Source: an uncultured Candidatus Peribacteria bacterium (GTDB taxonomy: Bacteria; Patescibacteriota; Gracilibacteria; Peribacterales; Peribacteraceae). From it: 37,059 nt of DNA. Of the stretch, positions 16,348 through 25,513 are shown piece after piece. The translations under genes were made by a program, and so were the position numbers. Position 1 is the first letter of the stretch; every line of letters begins with the position of its first letter. The DNA lies in contig CAYMAT010000007.1 in the NCBI GenBank assembly GCA_964388495.1, positions 1-37,059 on the forward strand, given 5' to 3'. The notes beneath the pieces are model-generated. The model searched no databases. It was not told the DNA's origin and saw only the letters and a program-made list of their open reading frames with translations.

Positions 16348-18413
16348 CATCCCTGCTGGATCCCAAATCCGTAGCGGTCATCGGCGCCTCTGCCACACAG
16401 GGGAAGGTGGGGCATGATATTTTGAGCAACCTGCTCATCCAGAAATTCCGCGGACATGTGGTTGCCGTGAACCCCAAGGGCGAGCGCATCCTGGGATGTC
16501 CCACCTATGCATCCGTCTCCGCCATGCCGGAAGCCGTGGACCTGGCGGTGGTGGCCATTCCCGCGCCCCTGGTTGCGGCAACGCTCAGGGAGTGCGGGGA
16601 AAAAGGCATCAAGAACGTGGTAGTGATCACCGCGGGGTTTAAGGAAACGCATACCCCTGAAGGGGACAAGCTGGAGGAGGAACTCCTCACCATCGCCAAA
16701 CAGTACAACCTCACGCTGGTGGGCCCCAACTGCCTGGGAATCCTGCGCCCTTCCATCGGCCTCAACGCGTCGTTCGCCAAGGACATCCCGCCCGCAGGCA
16801 ACGTGGCGCTCATCAGCCAATCCGGTTCCACCGCGGTGGCCATCATGGACCAGAGCGCGCAATTGGGACTCAGCTTCTCCGCGGTTTTCAGCATAGGGAA
16901 CAAAACGGTCCTGAACGAGGTGGACTATCTGCGTCTCTGCATGGACGACGACAAGACCACGGCAATCGGGCTGTATCTGGAGAACATCGATCACGGAACC
17001 GAATTTCTGGAGACCGCACGGGCAATCTCCCCCCGCAAACCGATCATTCTCTTGAAGGCGGGAACGACGGAGCAGGGCCGGCGCGCCGCGCAGTCCCACA
17101 CGGGCGCGCTTGCGGGAAGCGATGCGCCGCTGCAGACGCTCTGTGACCAGGCGGGCATTCATCTGACGCGCACGATGGATGATTTTATCGATACCATCGC
17201 CGTTTTGAGCAACCAACCCGCACTCCCCTCCCGCAATATCGCGATCGTGACCAACGCCGGAGGACTGGGGATCCTGGCAGCGGACGCCGCAACGCGCGCA
17301 GGCCTGACACTCCCCGCCCTGGCGGAAGACGGACAGAGGGATCTGGCGCCAAAACTCCCCGCATCGGCCAGCCTCCGCAATCCCTTTGACCTCATCGGAG
17401 ACGCAAAAACGGACAGGTACGAGGCGGCCATCCGCGCCATCCGCAGCGACCCCAACATCGACGGCATCGTGGTCCTGCTCTCGCCGCAGATCATGACACC
17501 CTGCTCGGAAATCGCGGATGTGGTCATACGGGAGATGCGCAACGTGAAACTCATGCCCATCACCACCTGTTTCATGGGCGGGGACATTGTGATGGACGCA
17601 CGCCGCAAGCTGCAGTCGCACAATATCCCCACCTTCCCCACGCCGGAGCGCGCCATTAACGCCCTTGCCCGGCTGTTCCCGCGCAAGGCAACGCTCACGG
17701 GAATGAGTTGTGTGCCCGACGGCGATACATCCAGAAAGGCAAAAGAGCTGATGAAGGGTTCCCAAGGTCTTCTGGACGATGACAGGGTAAGGGATCTGTT
17801 CTCGCTCTTTGGCCTCCCCGCCGATCCTTACCGCATCTGCAAAACGGCAGAGGAAGCGGCGGATGCTGCCGCGGAATTGGGGTACCCCGTAGCGGTGAAG
17901 ATCCATTCCCCGGATATCCTGCACAAAACCGATGTCGGCGGCGTTCGTTTGGGACTTAAAAGTAATGACGATGTACGTACAGCATTCCGCGAGATCATGG
18001 CGACTGTGGGCAACAGATCGCCGGCGGCCAGGGTGGAGGGGGTATTAGTCCAGAAAATGCTTCCGGCAGGCCACGAATTCATCGTGGGCGCCACGCGGGA
18101 CCCCAATTTTGGTCCGCTGATCATGGTGGGGCTGGGCGGCATATACACGGAACTGTTCCGGGACACCGTTTTCCGCATTGCGCCCATCGGCAAGGAGGAT
18201 GCCTACCGCATGCTGGAGGAGTTGCGATCGTGGAAAATGCTCCTGGGCATGCGCGGCAACCAGCAGAGCGATATTTCTGGTCTTGCGGAACTCATTGGCA
18301 ACGTCAGCAATCTTGTCTGCAATTGCCCGGAGATCAGGGAACTGGATTTAAACCCCGTGATCGTGCGGAGCGACGGAGTACATATTGCCGATGCGAAGAT
18401 CGTCGTAGGGTAA
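16344..18413 (+). CDS. ADP-forming acetyl-CoA synthetase (acetate--CoA ligase, fused alpha-beta)
   Basis: An N-terminal CoA-binding domain (KSVAVIGAS..GKVGH), then a succinyl-CoA-synthetase-like domain (VALISQSGS), then a C-terminal ATP-grasp domain (GYPVAVKIHSPDILHKTDVGGV). ATGA overlap with the upstream gene. Confidence 0.85.
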   Translation: MTSLLDPKSVAVIGASATQGKVGHDILSNLLIQKFRGHVVAVNPKGERILGCPTYASVSAMPEAVDLAVVAIPAPLVAATLRECGEKGIKNVVVITAGFKETHTPEGDKLEEELLTIAKQYNLTLVGPNCLGILRPSIGLNASFAKDIPPAGNVALISQSGSTAVAIMDQSAQLGLSFSAVFSIGNKTVLNEVDYLRLCMDDDKTTAIGLYLENIDHGTEFLETARAISPRKPIILLKAGTTEQGRRAAQSHTGALAGSDAPLQTLCDQAGIHLTRTMDDFIDTIAVLSNQPALPSRNIAIVTNAGGLGILAADAATRAGLTLPALAEDGQRDLAPKLPASASLRNPFDLIGDAKTDRYEAAIRAIRSDPNIDGIVVLLSPQIMTPCSEIADVVIREMRNVKLMPITTCFMGGDIVMDARRKLQSHNIPTFPTPERAINALARLFPRKATLTGMSCVPDGDTSRKAKELMKGSQGLLDDDRVRDLFSLFGLPADPYRICKTAEEAADAAAELGYPVAVKIHSPDILHKTDVGGVRLGLKSNDDVRTAFREIMATVGNRSPAARVEGVLVQKMLPAGHEFIVGATRDPNFGPLIMVGLGGIYTELFRDTVFRIAPIGKEDAYRMLEELRSWKMLLGMRGNQQSDISGLAELIGNVSNLVCNCPEIRELDLNPVIVRSDGVHIADAKIVVG

Positions 18414-18465
18414 AACTATTCCGAGCGGTGAAGCGAAGGCATGCAGAGCCGGGTATACTCGGGCC

Positions 18466-19683
18466 GTGTCCCCTCTCGTCTCCGTCTGCATCCCGGTCTA
18501 CAAACCCAAGATCCCCTATCTGCTGGAGGCGCTGGAGTCGGTGTGTCGGCAGACATTTGAGGATTACGAAATCATCATCCGCGATGACGCATCGCTCCCG
18601 GATGTCGGTGAACTGAAAAACGCGCTTCCCGCTAACCCCAAAATCTCCGTACACCGGGGGGAGAAGCGGCTGGGCATTGGCGGCAACTGGAACGCAACCT
18701 GCGATCTGGCCCACGGCAAATACATTGCGCTCCTCTTCCAGGATGACCTCTGGTACCCGCGGTACCTGGAACGCTGCGTGGCGGTTTTGGAAGCCAACGA
18801 CAACGTGGGGTTTGTGGCATGCGCGCACGATTATGCGATACAGGATCAGACGGGAGCGGCAGCCACGGGCGTGTATGCCGAGGTGCAGGAGGCACGGAGC
18901 CACATTCCACACGGGACGCTCACCAAGGATTTCTTCATCCAATGGCTCAATATGGGGCTGCGACCCAATATCGTAGGCGAACCCAGCTTTGTGGTGATCC
19001 GGAAATCGCTGCTGGAAAAGATCGGCGGGTTCCACAAAACCATGCACCAGGGGCTGGATGCGGAGGCATGGAGCAGGATGCTGATCCACATGAACGGCTT
19101 TTGGATCACGGAAAAACTGGGCAGCTTCCGCGTGCATGCGGCGGGCGCCACGGCACAGAACGAGGAAGCGGGACGCGGGATGCTGGACCGCATCAAAACC
19201 ATCCGCATGGTATGGAGACGGGCCATAGACCGCGACGTGAAAAAAGCCGCACGCAGGGCTTTCCGCCGGGAGGGGGTAAAACTGGGGAAGCGCGCCATGA
19301 CCCGCAAGACCAGCCACCCGCTTCTGCAGTTCGTCCGGTACCTCTTTGTAGGCGGCTCCGCGTCCGTGGTGGACTTTGCCGTCTATGCCGGACTGCTGAT
19401 GCTCATGGGGTTCAACCCGTACCTATCCGCGTTTGCGGGTTACACCGTGGGCTTTGCCTGGAACCACTTCCTGAGCGTGGTGTGGATATTTGAGTCCAAG
19501 CATGATCGGACAAAAGAAGTGGCAATGGCATATGCCATTGCCATCGGAGGCCTTGCCTGGACGGAAATTCTGCTCTGGATCTTCACGTTTGCGGGCATTG
19601 GCGCGCTTGTTAGCCGTTTGATCGCCATGGTTCTGGTACTGGTCTGGAATTACGTGATGCGCAAGAAGTTCGTCTTTGCCTGA
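18466..19683 (+). CDS. GT2 glycosyltransferase fused to a C-terminal GtrA-like membrane domain
   Basis: VSVCIPVYKPKIPYLLEALESVCRQTFEDYEIIIRDDAS is a GT2 signature. The C-terminus LLQFVRYLFVGGSASVVDFAVY...WNHFLSVVWIF...VWNYVMRKKFVF is GtrA-like. TATACT at 18454-18459 lies 6 nt before the GTG. Confidence 0.8.
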   Translation: MSPLVSVCIPVYKPKIPYLLEALESVCRQTFEDYEIIIRDDASLPDVGELKNALPANPKISVHRGEKRLGIGGNWNATCDLAHGKYIALLFQDDLWYPRYLERCVAVLEANDNVGFVACAHDYAIQDQTGAAATGVYAEVQEARSHIPHGTLTKDFFIQWLNMGLRPNIVGEPSFVVIRKSLLEKIGGFHKTMHQGLDAEAWSRMLIHMNGFWITEKLGSFRVHAAGATAQNEEAGRGMLDRIKTIRMVWRRAIDRDVKKAARRAFRREGVKLGKRAMTRKTSHPLLQFVRYLFVGGSASVVDFAVYAGLLMLMGFNPYLSAFAGYTVGFAWNHFLSVVWIFESKHDRTKEVAMAYAIAIGGLAWTEILLWIFTFAGIGALVSRLIAMVLVLVWNYVMRKKFVFA

Positions 19684-19710
19684 CCATAGGACTTCCTTAT
19701 AGTGCCGGGG

Positions 19711-21342
19711 ATGACCAGAAAGGTAGCCATCATCGCAGGTGCGGGGCCGGCAGGTTTAACTGCAGCGTACGAACTCCTCGTCCGAACGGATATTCAGCCC
19801 ATCGTCTGCGAGGAAACGGGGATCATCGGCGGCATCGCCCAGACCTTCAATTACAAGGACAACCGCATCGATATAGGCGGTCACCGTTTTTTCAGCAAGA
19901 GCGAGCGCGTGATGAAGTGGTGGTTCAATATCCTGCCCCTGCAGGGCGCTCCTTCCGCGGACACGGCAGAAAAAAACCACGAGATCGATTACGCCGCGGA
20001 GGCGATCGTGAAGTTCCTGTGCCCGGAGTGCGCGGAAGGACGGCCGGAAAAACGGACCGCACCAGACCCTGAAAAAGAGGATGAGGTGATGCTGCAGCGC
20101 CCGCGCCTCTCCCGCATCTTCTACAAGCGGCACTTTTTCCCCTATCCCATTGGCATCACGCTCTCCGTGGCGCGCAAGCTGGGCCTAGGGAACACCTTCT
20201 TGATAGGACTCAGCTACATCAAGGCCCAACTGTTTCCCATCAAACCCGAGCAATACCTGGATGCCTTCTTCACCAACCGTTTCGGATACCGGCTGTACAA
20301 GACCTTCTTTGAGAAATACACGGAGAAGGTGTGGGGTATCCCCTGCAGCCAGATCCGCGCGGACTGGGGGGCGCAGCGCGTGAAGGGCCTCTCGCTCAAG
20401 CGCGCGGTGATGCACGCGGTGAAAGACCTGCTGAGCAGCGATTTTAAGAAGGCGCAGGAAGAACGCGAGACCAGCCTGATCACGCGTTTTTACTATCCCA
20501 AATTCGGCCCGGGCCAGATGTGGGAAACGGTGGCCAGGCAGGTCCAGCAGTGCGGAGGCGAGGTGCACATGAAGACGCGCGTGGTGGCTGTAAAAGTGAG
20601 CAGCGGAAAGGTTACGGCCGTGACGCTGGAGAACGCAGACACAGGCTCGCGCGAGGAAGTCGCCTGTGATTACTTCTTCTCCACCATGCCCATCAAGCAC
20701 CTGATCGGCATGATCAGCCCCCGGCCGGAACCCAAAGTGGTGGAGGTTGCGGAGGGGCTGCAATACCGCGATTTTTTGACGGTCGGCCTGCTGCTGAAGA
20801 AGCTCCATGTGCTGGAAAAAGGGAATGGCGCGCAGACGAGCGTGCCCGATAACTGGATTTACGTGCAGGAGGGCGACGTGCGCGTGGGACGCATCCAAAT
20901 CTTCAACAACTGGAGCCCGTACATGGTAAAAGACTGGAAGAACACCGTGTGGATTGGCCTGGAATATTTTGTGAACGAGGGCGGTGACCTGTGGATCAAG
21001 CAGGACAAGGAGATGATCGATCTGGGCGTGAGCGAGATGGAAAAGATCGGCTTTGTGAAAAAGGACGACGTGCTGGACGCGTGCGTGCTGCGCATGCCCA
21101 AGGCTTACCCCTCATACTGGGGCAGCTACGAGCAGCTGCACGTGGTGCGCGATTACGTGAACACGGTGGAGAACATGTTCCTGGTAGGGCGCAACGGCAT
21201 GCACCGCTACAACAACCAGGACCACAGCATGCTCACGGCAATGCTGGCGGTGGACAACATCGCGGAAGGCAGGACCGACAAATCCAACCTGTGGGACGTG
21301 AACCTGGACATGGTCTACCACGAGACAAAAAAAGGAGGCTGA
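19711..21342 (+). CDS. NAD(P)/FAD-dependent oxidoreductase (amine-oxidase / UDP-galactopyranose-mutase-like fold)
   Basis: [19 protein letters not shown] is a dinucleotide-binding motif, and [11 protein letters not shown] follows. I prefer ATG 19711 over the track's GTG 19702. TATAGT at 19698-19703 sits 7 nt upstream of it. Confidence 0.8.
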   Translation: MTRKVAIIAGAGPAGLTAAYELLVRTDIQPIVCEETGIIGGIAQTFNYKDNRIDIGGHRFFSKSERVMKWWFNILPLQGAPSADTAEKNHEIDYAAEAIVKFLCPECAEGRPEKRTAPDPEKEDEVMLQRPRLSRIFYKRHFFPYPIGITLSVARKLGLGNTFLIGLSYIKAQLFPIKPEQYLDAFFTNRFGYRLYKTFFEKYTEKVWGIPCSQIRADWGAQRVKGLSLKRAVMHAVKDLLSSDFKKAQEERETSLITRFYYPKFGPGQMWETVARQVQQCGGEVHMKTRVVAVKVSSGKVTAVTLENADTGSREEVACDYFFSTMPIKHLIGMISPRPEPKVVEVAEGLQYRDFLTVGLLLKKLHVLEKGNGAQTSVPDNWIYVQEGDVRVGRIQIFNNWSPYMVKDWKNTVWIGLEYFVNEGGDLWIKQDKEMIDLGVSEMEKIGFVKKDDVLDACVLRMPKAYPSYWGSYEQLHVVRDYVNTVENMFLVGRNGMHRYNNQDHSMLTAMLAVDNIAEGRTDKSNLWDVNLDMVYHETKKGG

Positions 21343-21440
21343 CAGCAATACAGCTATAGAAAGGTTCTGTATGGAGAGATAAAAGAGGGTAAATTCATTT
21401 TTTTAGCTTATGGTAAACAAAAAAGTAGTGTTAAGTTTTT

Positions 21441-21468
21441 TTGACTTCACAGAGACTGTCCGTAAAAT
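21441..21468 (+). promoter_or_regulatory. Sigma70-like promoter (TTGACT-16 nt-TAAAAT) for the 21475 ORF
   Basis: TTGACT at 21441-21446 and TAAAAT at 21463-21468. GTG 21475 is 6 nt downstream, so the transcript is predicted to be leaderless. Confidence 0.55.
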
Positions 21469-21474
21469 TCCCTG

Positions 21475-23067
21475 GTGATACTCACGGAGGACACCGCCGA
21501 AAACCTTGCGCAAGATGCGGGCATCATGGCGCGCACGCATGCCAACGACCCCCCAAATTGGGACAAGATAATAAAAATTGTTTCTGCGGAACCCGCAGGA
21601 TTTGGAAGCAACAGAATGTTCCGAAAAAAGCTCATCCAGCTCCTTAGTCGGACAACACATCCGCTGGATGCCAGCATTAAAACCTTCAATGACGACATGC
21701 TGATCATCTCCCGTTACAATATATACGAGCAGCAGATTCTCGGGGATGAGGAAACCAAAAAAACAGCTGGCCAACTGTATATGGAACAGGAGCGTCATTC
21801 GCGGGAAATGGGTGAAAAACTGATGGAACATGCACCCAAATTCACGGAATGGGTCCGTGCTCAGGCAGACGCGTTGGCGGAACTGGTCCGGGAAAACAAT
21901 GCATGGAAAAACGGCACATTGCAGGAAAAAATGGATGTTCTGACGCAAGCCCTGTCTTGCATCAATATGTACGCCGCTGCTTGGAGCAGATCTTTCAATA
22001 CACGTCCGGGGTTTTCTACTGAAATAAGCTCTGTGGGGCAATTGACACAATCTGCCCTGCTCTCGCTGGTACAGCGGGTCCTCTTTACCCTGAAACCCTC
22101 CGACGATATTTCTGCCGCCTTGCAGAACATGCCTGAATGGCAATACAAAAAACTGTACACAGCCCCCGCGGATAAGAGGTTTCCAATATCGTATTTGGGC
22201 CCTAAAACGATTTCTCTGGCAAAAATACTGGGGTCGGGATTGGCGAGAATGAAAAAACTGCACGGCATACCCGAAACAGCCGAGGATGCCATTGGCTATG
22301 CCCCTCTGCCTCCCGTGCAAAACGACGTGCGCATGACCATCCTGGGAACCAAGATGAATCTTTTATACATCCAGATCCCTTTGGGAGGCGGAACGTTCCC
22401 CGTGGAGCAAATCATGGGAGAAAACCTAGAGGATGATCAGGAATTTTTTGCCGCCTACCGGGAGAAAACGGATACATGGTTTTTTGAAAGCATCACGGAG
22501 TATGCGGGGATGCGCGATTTTCTATCCACTGGAACGGAACAGTCGCTGAAAACCCTTCTCTATTGGAGCAGGCAAAAGGTGGATCGCATCCTGAAAGACA
22601 ATCCATTGGTTCACAAAAACCTGGATCAGATATCGAAATTCCATATCGAGATTGATCAAAACAACGAATATACCCTCTTTTGCGATCCTACCACCCAGGA
22701 AATTCTGGATGGACTCCAAATAACCGGTCCACAAACAAAAGAAGAGGAAAAGCAGTCCATTACCGCCTCCGCCCCTCCTCTCCACCAACGCTGCAAGGAA
22801 ATCTTCAGCACCCGTGACATTACCTCACTCCAATGGAACCGGGTCAGCTGGTTGCTGAGACACGCAGGTCTTGTGGAAACGCATGAAGGCAAAGGAAGTC
22901 ATATTAAATTCACGAATCCAGAAAACGAGAGTTTTTGCACGGTGTCCTATGCCTTCCACCACTCATCCACCGTGGATATCCCCTATGGAACCATCGCACG
23001 CTGGCTCTCTCAGGCAAATTTGACCGACGCACAAATAGGTCTGATAGAGGGCTTCCTGGATCAATGA
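21475..23067 (+). CDS. Hypothetical protein (530 aa) with a C-terminal HicA-like domain
   Basis: Long AT-richer ORF. The last ~70 aa read WLLRHAGLVETHEGKGSHIKFTNPENESFCTVSYAFHHSSTVDIPYGTIARWLSQANL. This fits the HicA (YcfA) toxin pattern, including the GSH histidine. The start could instead be ATG 21526. Confidence 0.7.
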   Translation: MILTEDTAENLAQDAGIMARTHANDPPNWDKIIKIVSAEPAGFGSNRMFRKKLIQLLSRTTHPLDASIKTFNDDMLIISRYNIYEQQILGDEETKKTAGQLYMEQERHSREMGEKLMEHAPKFTEWVRAQADALAELVRENNAWKNGTLQEKMDVLTQALSCINMYAAAWSRSFNTRPGFSTEISSVGQLTQSALLSLVQRVLFTLKPSDDISAALQNMPEWQYKKLYTAPADKRFPISYLGPKTISLAKILGSGLARMKKLHGIPETAEDAIGYAPLPPVQNDVRMTILGTKMNLLYIQIPLGGGTFPVEQIMGENLEDDQEFFAAYREKTDTWFFESITEYAGMRDFLSTGTEQSLKTLLYWSRQKVDRILKDNPLVHKNLDQISKFHIEIDQNNEYTLFCDPTTQEILDGLQITGPQTKEEEKQSITASAPPLHQRCKEIFSTRDITSLQWNRVSWLLRHAGLVETHEGKGSHIKFTNPENESFCTVSYAFHHSSTVDIPYGTIARWLSQANLTDAQIGLIEGFLDQ

Positions 23068-23070
23068 CAT

Positions 23071-24087
23071 TCACCGGATGAGCGGCCTGAGCGCTTCCGT
23101 GAGAATGCCCGTGAAGACCTTTCTGCCCTCCGGATTCATGTGGTCGTCTTTGCTGCCGCGGTAATACTGCGGCTGCAGGCGCTCCTCGTTGGTGAAATCG
23201 ATCAATACGCCGTCCCTTTGCTCAATGTATGTGCGCAGATCGGCCATGTAGCGGACTGTCTTCTTGCTCTGCGGTTTTCCGTCGGCATATTTCTTCTCAC
23301 GCACGCGGATGAAGATCAGCTGCATGTCGTATTTGGCTGCCTCGTCAAAGAGCAGCGGAAGGTACGAATCGCCTATGGCGATATCGAAGTTTTTCTGCGC
23401 GGTGGGCCCGGGGGTATTGGACGCATTGCGGCGGGATACGAATTTCACGATATGGTTACCGATGTCTTTTTCACTCCTGCGCGTGAACAGCGAGGCGAAG
23501 GCGCGGGATTCATCGTATATTTCCGTGCGGAGATCCTCTTTGATCGCATAGAGCGGGATATTCCGCTGCAGCGTTGCGCGGATCCATCCCTTCACCGGGA
23601 CAAGCGTTTTATCATAGAGAACGTCATCGTCCGGCTGAGCGATGGAAAGCAGGTCCGCCTCCTGGTATCCCACGGCACCGTTGGTGGTGGTGGTCAGGTC
23701 CGCATCGCGGAAGAAAACGAGAACCTGCCGTGGCGGCTCCTGGAGACGCGAACCGATGAGATTTTTAAGGGCCAGATACCAGTACGGGGTGCGCGACCCC
23801 CCGGTGGAAGTATCCACAATGCTGACCCCCAAATCCTTGCCAAGCGTGTCAAAATCCACGTTCACGTACGCCATGGAATTGCCCAAAACCCCCACATCGT
23901 ACTTTTCGGTTTCATGCTGTTTTCGCCAATCATCCAGGAGCGATGGACTTGCGCCCGCGCGGACGGCGACGGCGTTGGCCCCCGTTATGATCAATACAGC
24001 CAGCGCGACCACGTAGAGCCCAAAGAGCGCCAGCTTCCAGAAGCGGACGGGGGCGATAGCCTGCGGTTGAACGTTCTGGTCGGTCAT
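23071..24087 (-). CDS. Membrane-anchored SGNH-like accessory protein of the MBOAT system, copy 2
   Basis: ATG 24087 lies 1 nt after the MBOAT-2 stop (TGAcATG). It has an N-terminal TM helix. It is paralogous to 15337..16347 (YDVGVLGNSMAY / PYWYLALKNLIGS / FRD / DDHMNPEG). Confidence 0.7.
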   Translation of the reverse strand: MTDQNVQPQAIAPVRFWKLALFGLYVVALAVLIITGANAVAVRAGASPSLLDDWRKQHETEKYDVGVLGNSMAYVNVDFDTLGKDLGVSIVDTSTGGSRTPYWYLALKNLIGSRLQEPPRQVLVFFRDADLTTTTNGAVGYQEADLLSIAQPDDDVLYDKTLVPVKGWIRATLQRNIPLYAIKEDLRTEIYDESRAFASLFTRRSEKDIGNHIVKFVSRRNASNTPGPTAQKNFDIAIGDSYLPLLFDEAAKYDMQLIFIRVREKKYADGKPQSKKTVRYMADLRTYIEQRDGVLIDFTNEERLQPQYYRGSKDDHMNPEGRKVFTGILTEALRPLIR

Positions 24088-24088
24088 G

Positions 24089-25471
24089 TCAGAACTGGAA
24101 GTAGACGAAGTCCCCCGCCGCCTCCTGCCCCAGAATGAGGATGCAGGCAATGAGGCACGCATACATGACACCGCGCCCCAGCGGGTGCCGCACAAAGCGG
24201 TCCATGACCACAGGCACAGTCCAGAGAATCACAAAAAAAGCGGCGAAGCTGAGCCATACGGCCATCAGGGAAATCCCCCAGGATTCGCGCTCCCCTGTGG
24301 AACTGCGGACGCTCTGCAGCAGCCACGTGAGACTGGATGCCTTGAAGAGGATCCATCCCAACACAGTCCAAAAGAACATCACCGTGCGAGCGGTCCACTT
24401 GATGACGGCATTGCGGGGAACCCAGTGGCCGTCCATCTTGAGCAACTGGTAGACGAAAAGCAGGATGCCGTAATACAGGCCCCACAGCAGAAAGTTGACG
24501 GTGGCGCCGTGCCACAGGCCGCTGGCGCCCATGGTGACCAGCGTGGTGAAGAGGAGCTTGAGCTTACTGTCCGTACGGGAGCCGCCCAAAGGAATATAGA
24601 CATATGTAGTGAACCACTTGGAGAGCGAAATGTGCCAGCGCCTCCAGAAATCGGAAGGAGTCAGGGCAAGATACGGGTAATTGAAGTTCTCCATCAGATT
24701 GATGCCCAGCAGCCTGGCGCTTCCGCGCGCCAGGTCCGTATACCCGGAGAAGTCCGCAAGGATCTGGACGGCAAAGCAGAGGCCCCCCGTGAACAGAACG
24801 GTGAGGGGGACGGGGTTCCCCAGGAAAATGCGGTCCACATACGGAGAAATGTTGTCGGCAATGACGAGTTTTTTGAAAAACCCGAAAATCATGAGGGACA
24901 ATCCCCCGCTCAGGTTGGCCCAGTCCCACGCATGACGCTCGGCAATCTGCGGAAAAAACGTGCCGGCCTTTTCAAAGGGGCCGCTGATCAGCTTGGGGAA
25001 GAATGCCAGGAACACACTCACCTCCAGCCATCCCTGGCGCGGCACCTCGCCCTTGTAGGCGTCTGCCACCAAGCCCACCGCCTGCAGGGAGTAGAACGAA
25101 AGACCCAGCGGCAGAATGACATTGAGCAGGCTCTGAACCACCGGACTTGCCGTTTTGGGATTGATGAAATCCCCGATGAAATACCCCCAGTATTTGAAGA
25201 GCACCAGGATCCCGATATTGAAGACGATGCAGGCGACGAGAGGTAGGCGACTCCGCTGCTCTTTTTCCTTGGACCACAGGGCGTGCAAGCAAACATACGT
25301 GACCGCCGTGCTGATGAGCAGGAGCACGCAATACCACAGGCTCGCCCAGCCATAAAACAGGTAACTTCCCACCAGCAACTGGACGTTGCGGACCTTCTGG
25401 GAATCCGTCATCCAGTACACGCAACAGAAGACCGCAAGGAAGGCCAGATAGTGCAGGCTGGTGAACTGCAT
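24089..25471 (-). CDS. MBOAT-family membrane O-acyltransferase (AlgI/DltB/PatA-like), copy 2
   Basis: MQFTSLHYLAFL..., LSFYSLQAVGLVADAYK, FFPKLISGP, DFWRRWHISLSKWFTTYVYIPLGGS, GLWHG. The start is ATG 25471. The upstream 126 codons in the ORF track are junk that overlaps the divergent promoter. Confidence 0.85.
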   Translation of the reverse strand: MQFTSLHYLAFLAVFCCVYWMTDSQKVRNVQLLVGSYLFYGWASLWYCVLLLISTAVTYVCLHALWSKEKEQRSRLPLVACIVFNIGILVLFKYWGYFIGDFINPKTASPVVQSLLNVILPLGLSFYSLQAVGLVADAYKGEVPRQGWLEVSVFLAFFPKLISGPFEKAGTFFPQIAERHAWDWANLSGGLSLMIFGFFKKLVIADNISPYVDRIFLGNPVPLTVLFTGGLCFAVQILADFSGYTDLARGSARLLGINLMENFNYPYLALTPSDFWRRWHISLSKWFTTYVYIPLGGSRTDSKLKLLFTTLVTMGASGLWHGATVNFLLWGLYYGILLFVYQLLKMDGHWVPRNAVIKWTARTVMFFWTVLGWILFKASSLTWLLQSVRSSTGERESWGISLMAVWLSFAAFFVILWTVPVVMDRFVRHPLGRGVMYACLIACILILGQEAAGDFVYFQF

Positions 25472-25501
25472 AAATCTATTTATTTTAACATAAAAATACG
25501 C

Positions 25502-25507
25502 TATAAT
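25502..25507 (+). promoter_or_regulatory. -10 box (TATAAT) for the beta-helix gene
   Basis: TATAAT at 25502-25507, 6 nt upstream of ATG 25514, in an A/T-rich divergent intergenic region. Confidence 0.5.
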
Positions 25508-25513
25508 CAATGG

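Noticed and set aside
16254-17924. A 556-aa ORF on the minus strand, one of the longest in the track
   Set aside because: It lies entirely antisense to the well-supported ADP-forming acetyl-CoA synthetase gene. Its composition is Arg/Gly/His/Cys-rich with no motif, which is the typical shadow ORF of GC-rich coding DNA. The same reasoning rejects these ORFs:
- 18334..19317 (-)
- 2424..3605 (+)
- 23140..24138 (+)
- 24086..25246 (+)
- 34732..35667 (-)
- 10678..11454 (+)
- 12754..13371 (+)
- 13805..14506 (-)
- 32207..32911 (+)
21403-22320. A 305-aa minus-strand ORF overlapping the 5' half of the HicA-like orphan
   Set aside because: The plus-strand ORF is much longer (530 aa), has a canonical promoter at leaderless distance, and ends in a recognisable domain. 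The minus-strand product is Arg/Phe/Cys-rich with no motif or plausible promoter.
24983-24992. The 10-bp palindrome GCTGATCAGC and other GCTGATC / GATCAGC occurrences (for example 3594-3606) as a dispersed signal related to the trmD repeats
   Set aside because: These lie inside conserved coding motifs (KLISGP in the MBOAT, SAISGQ in the epimerase). They are explained by common Leu-Ile-Ser/Ala-Ile-Ser codons, so they are not evidence for a dispersed element by themselves.
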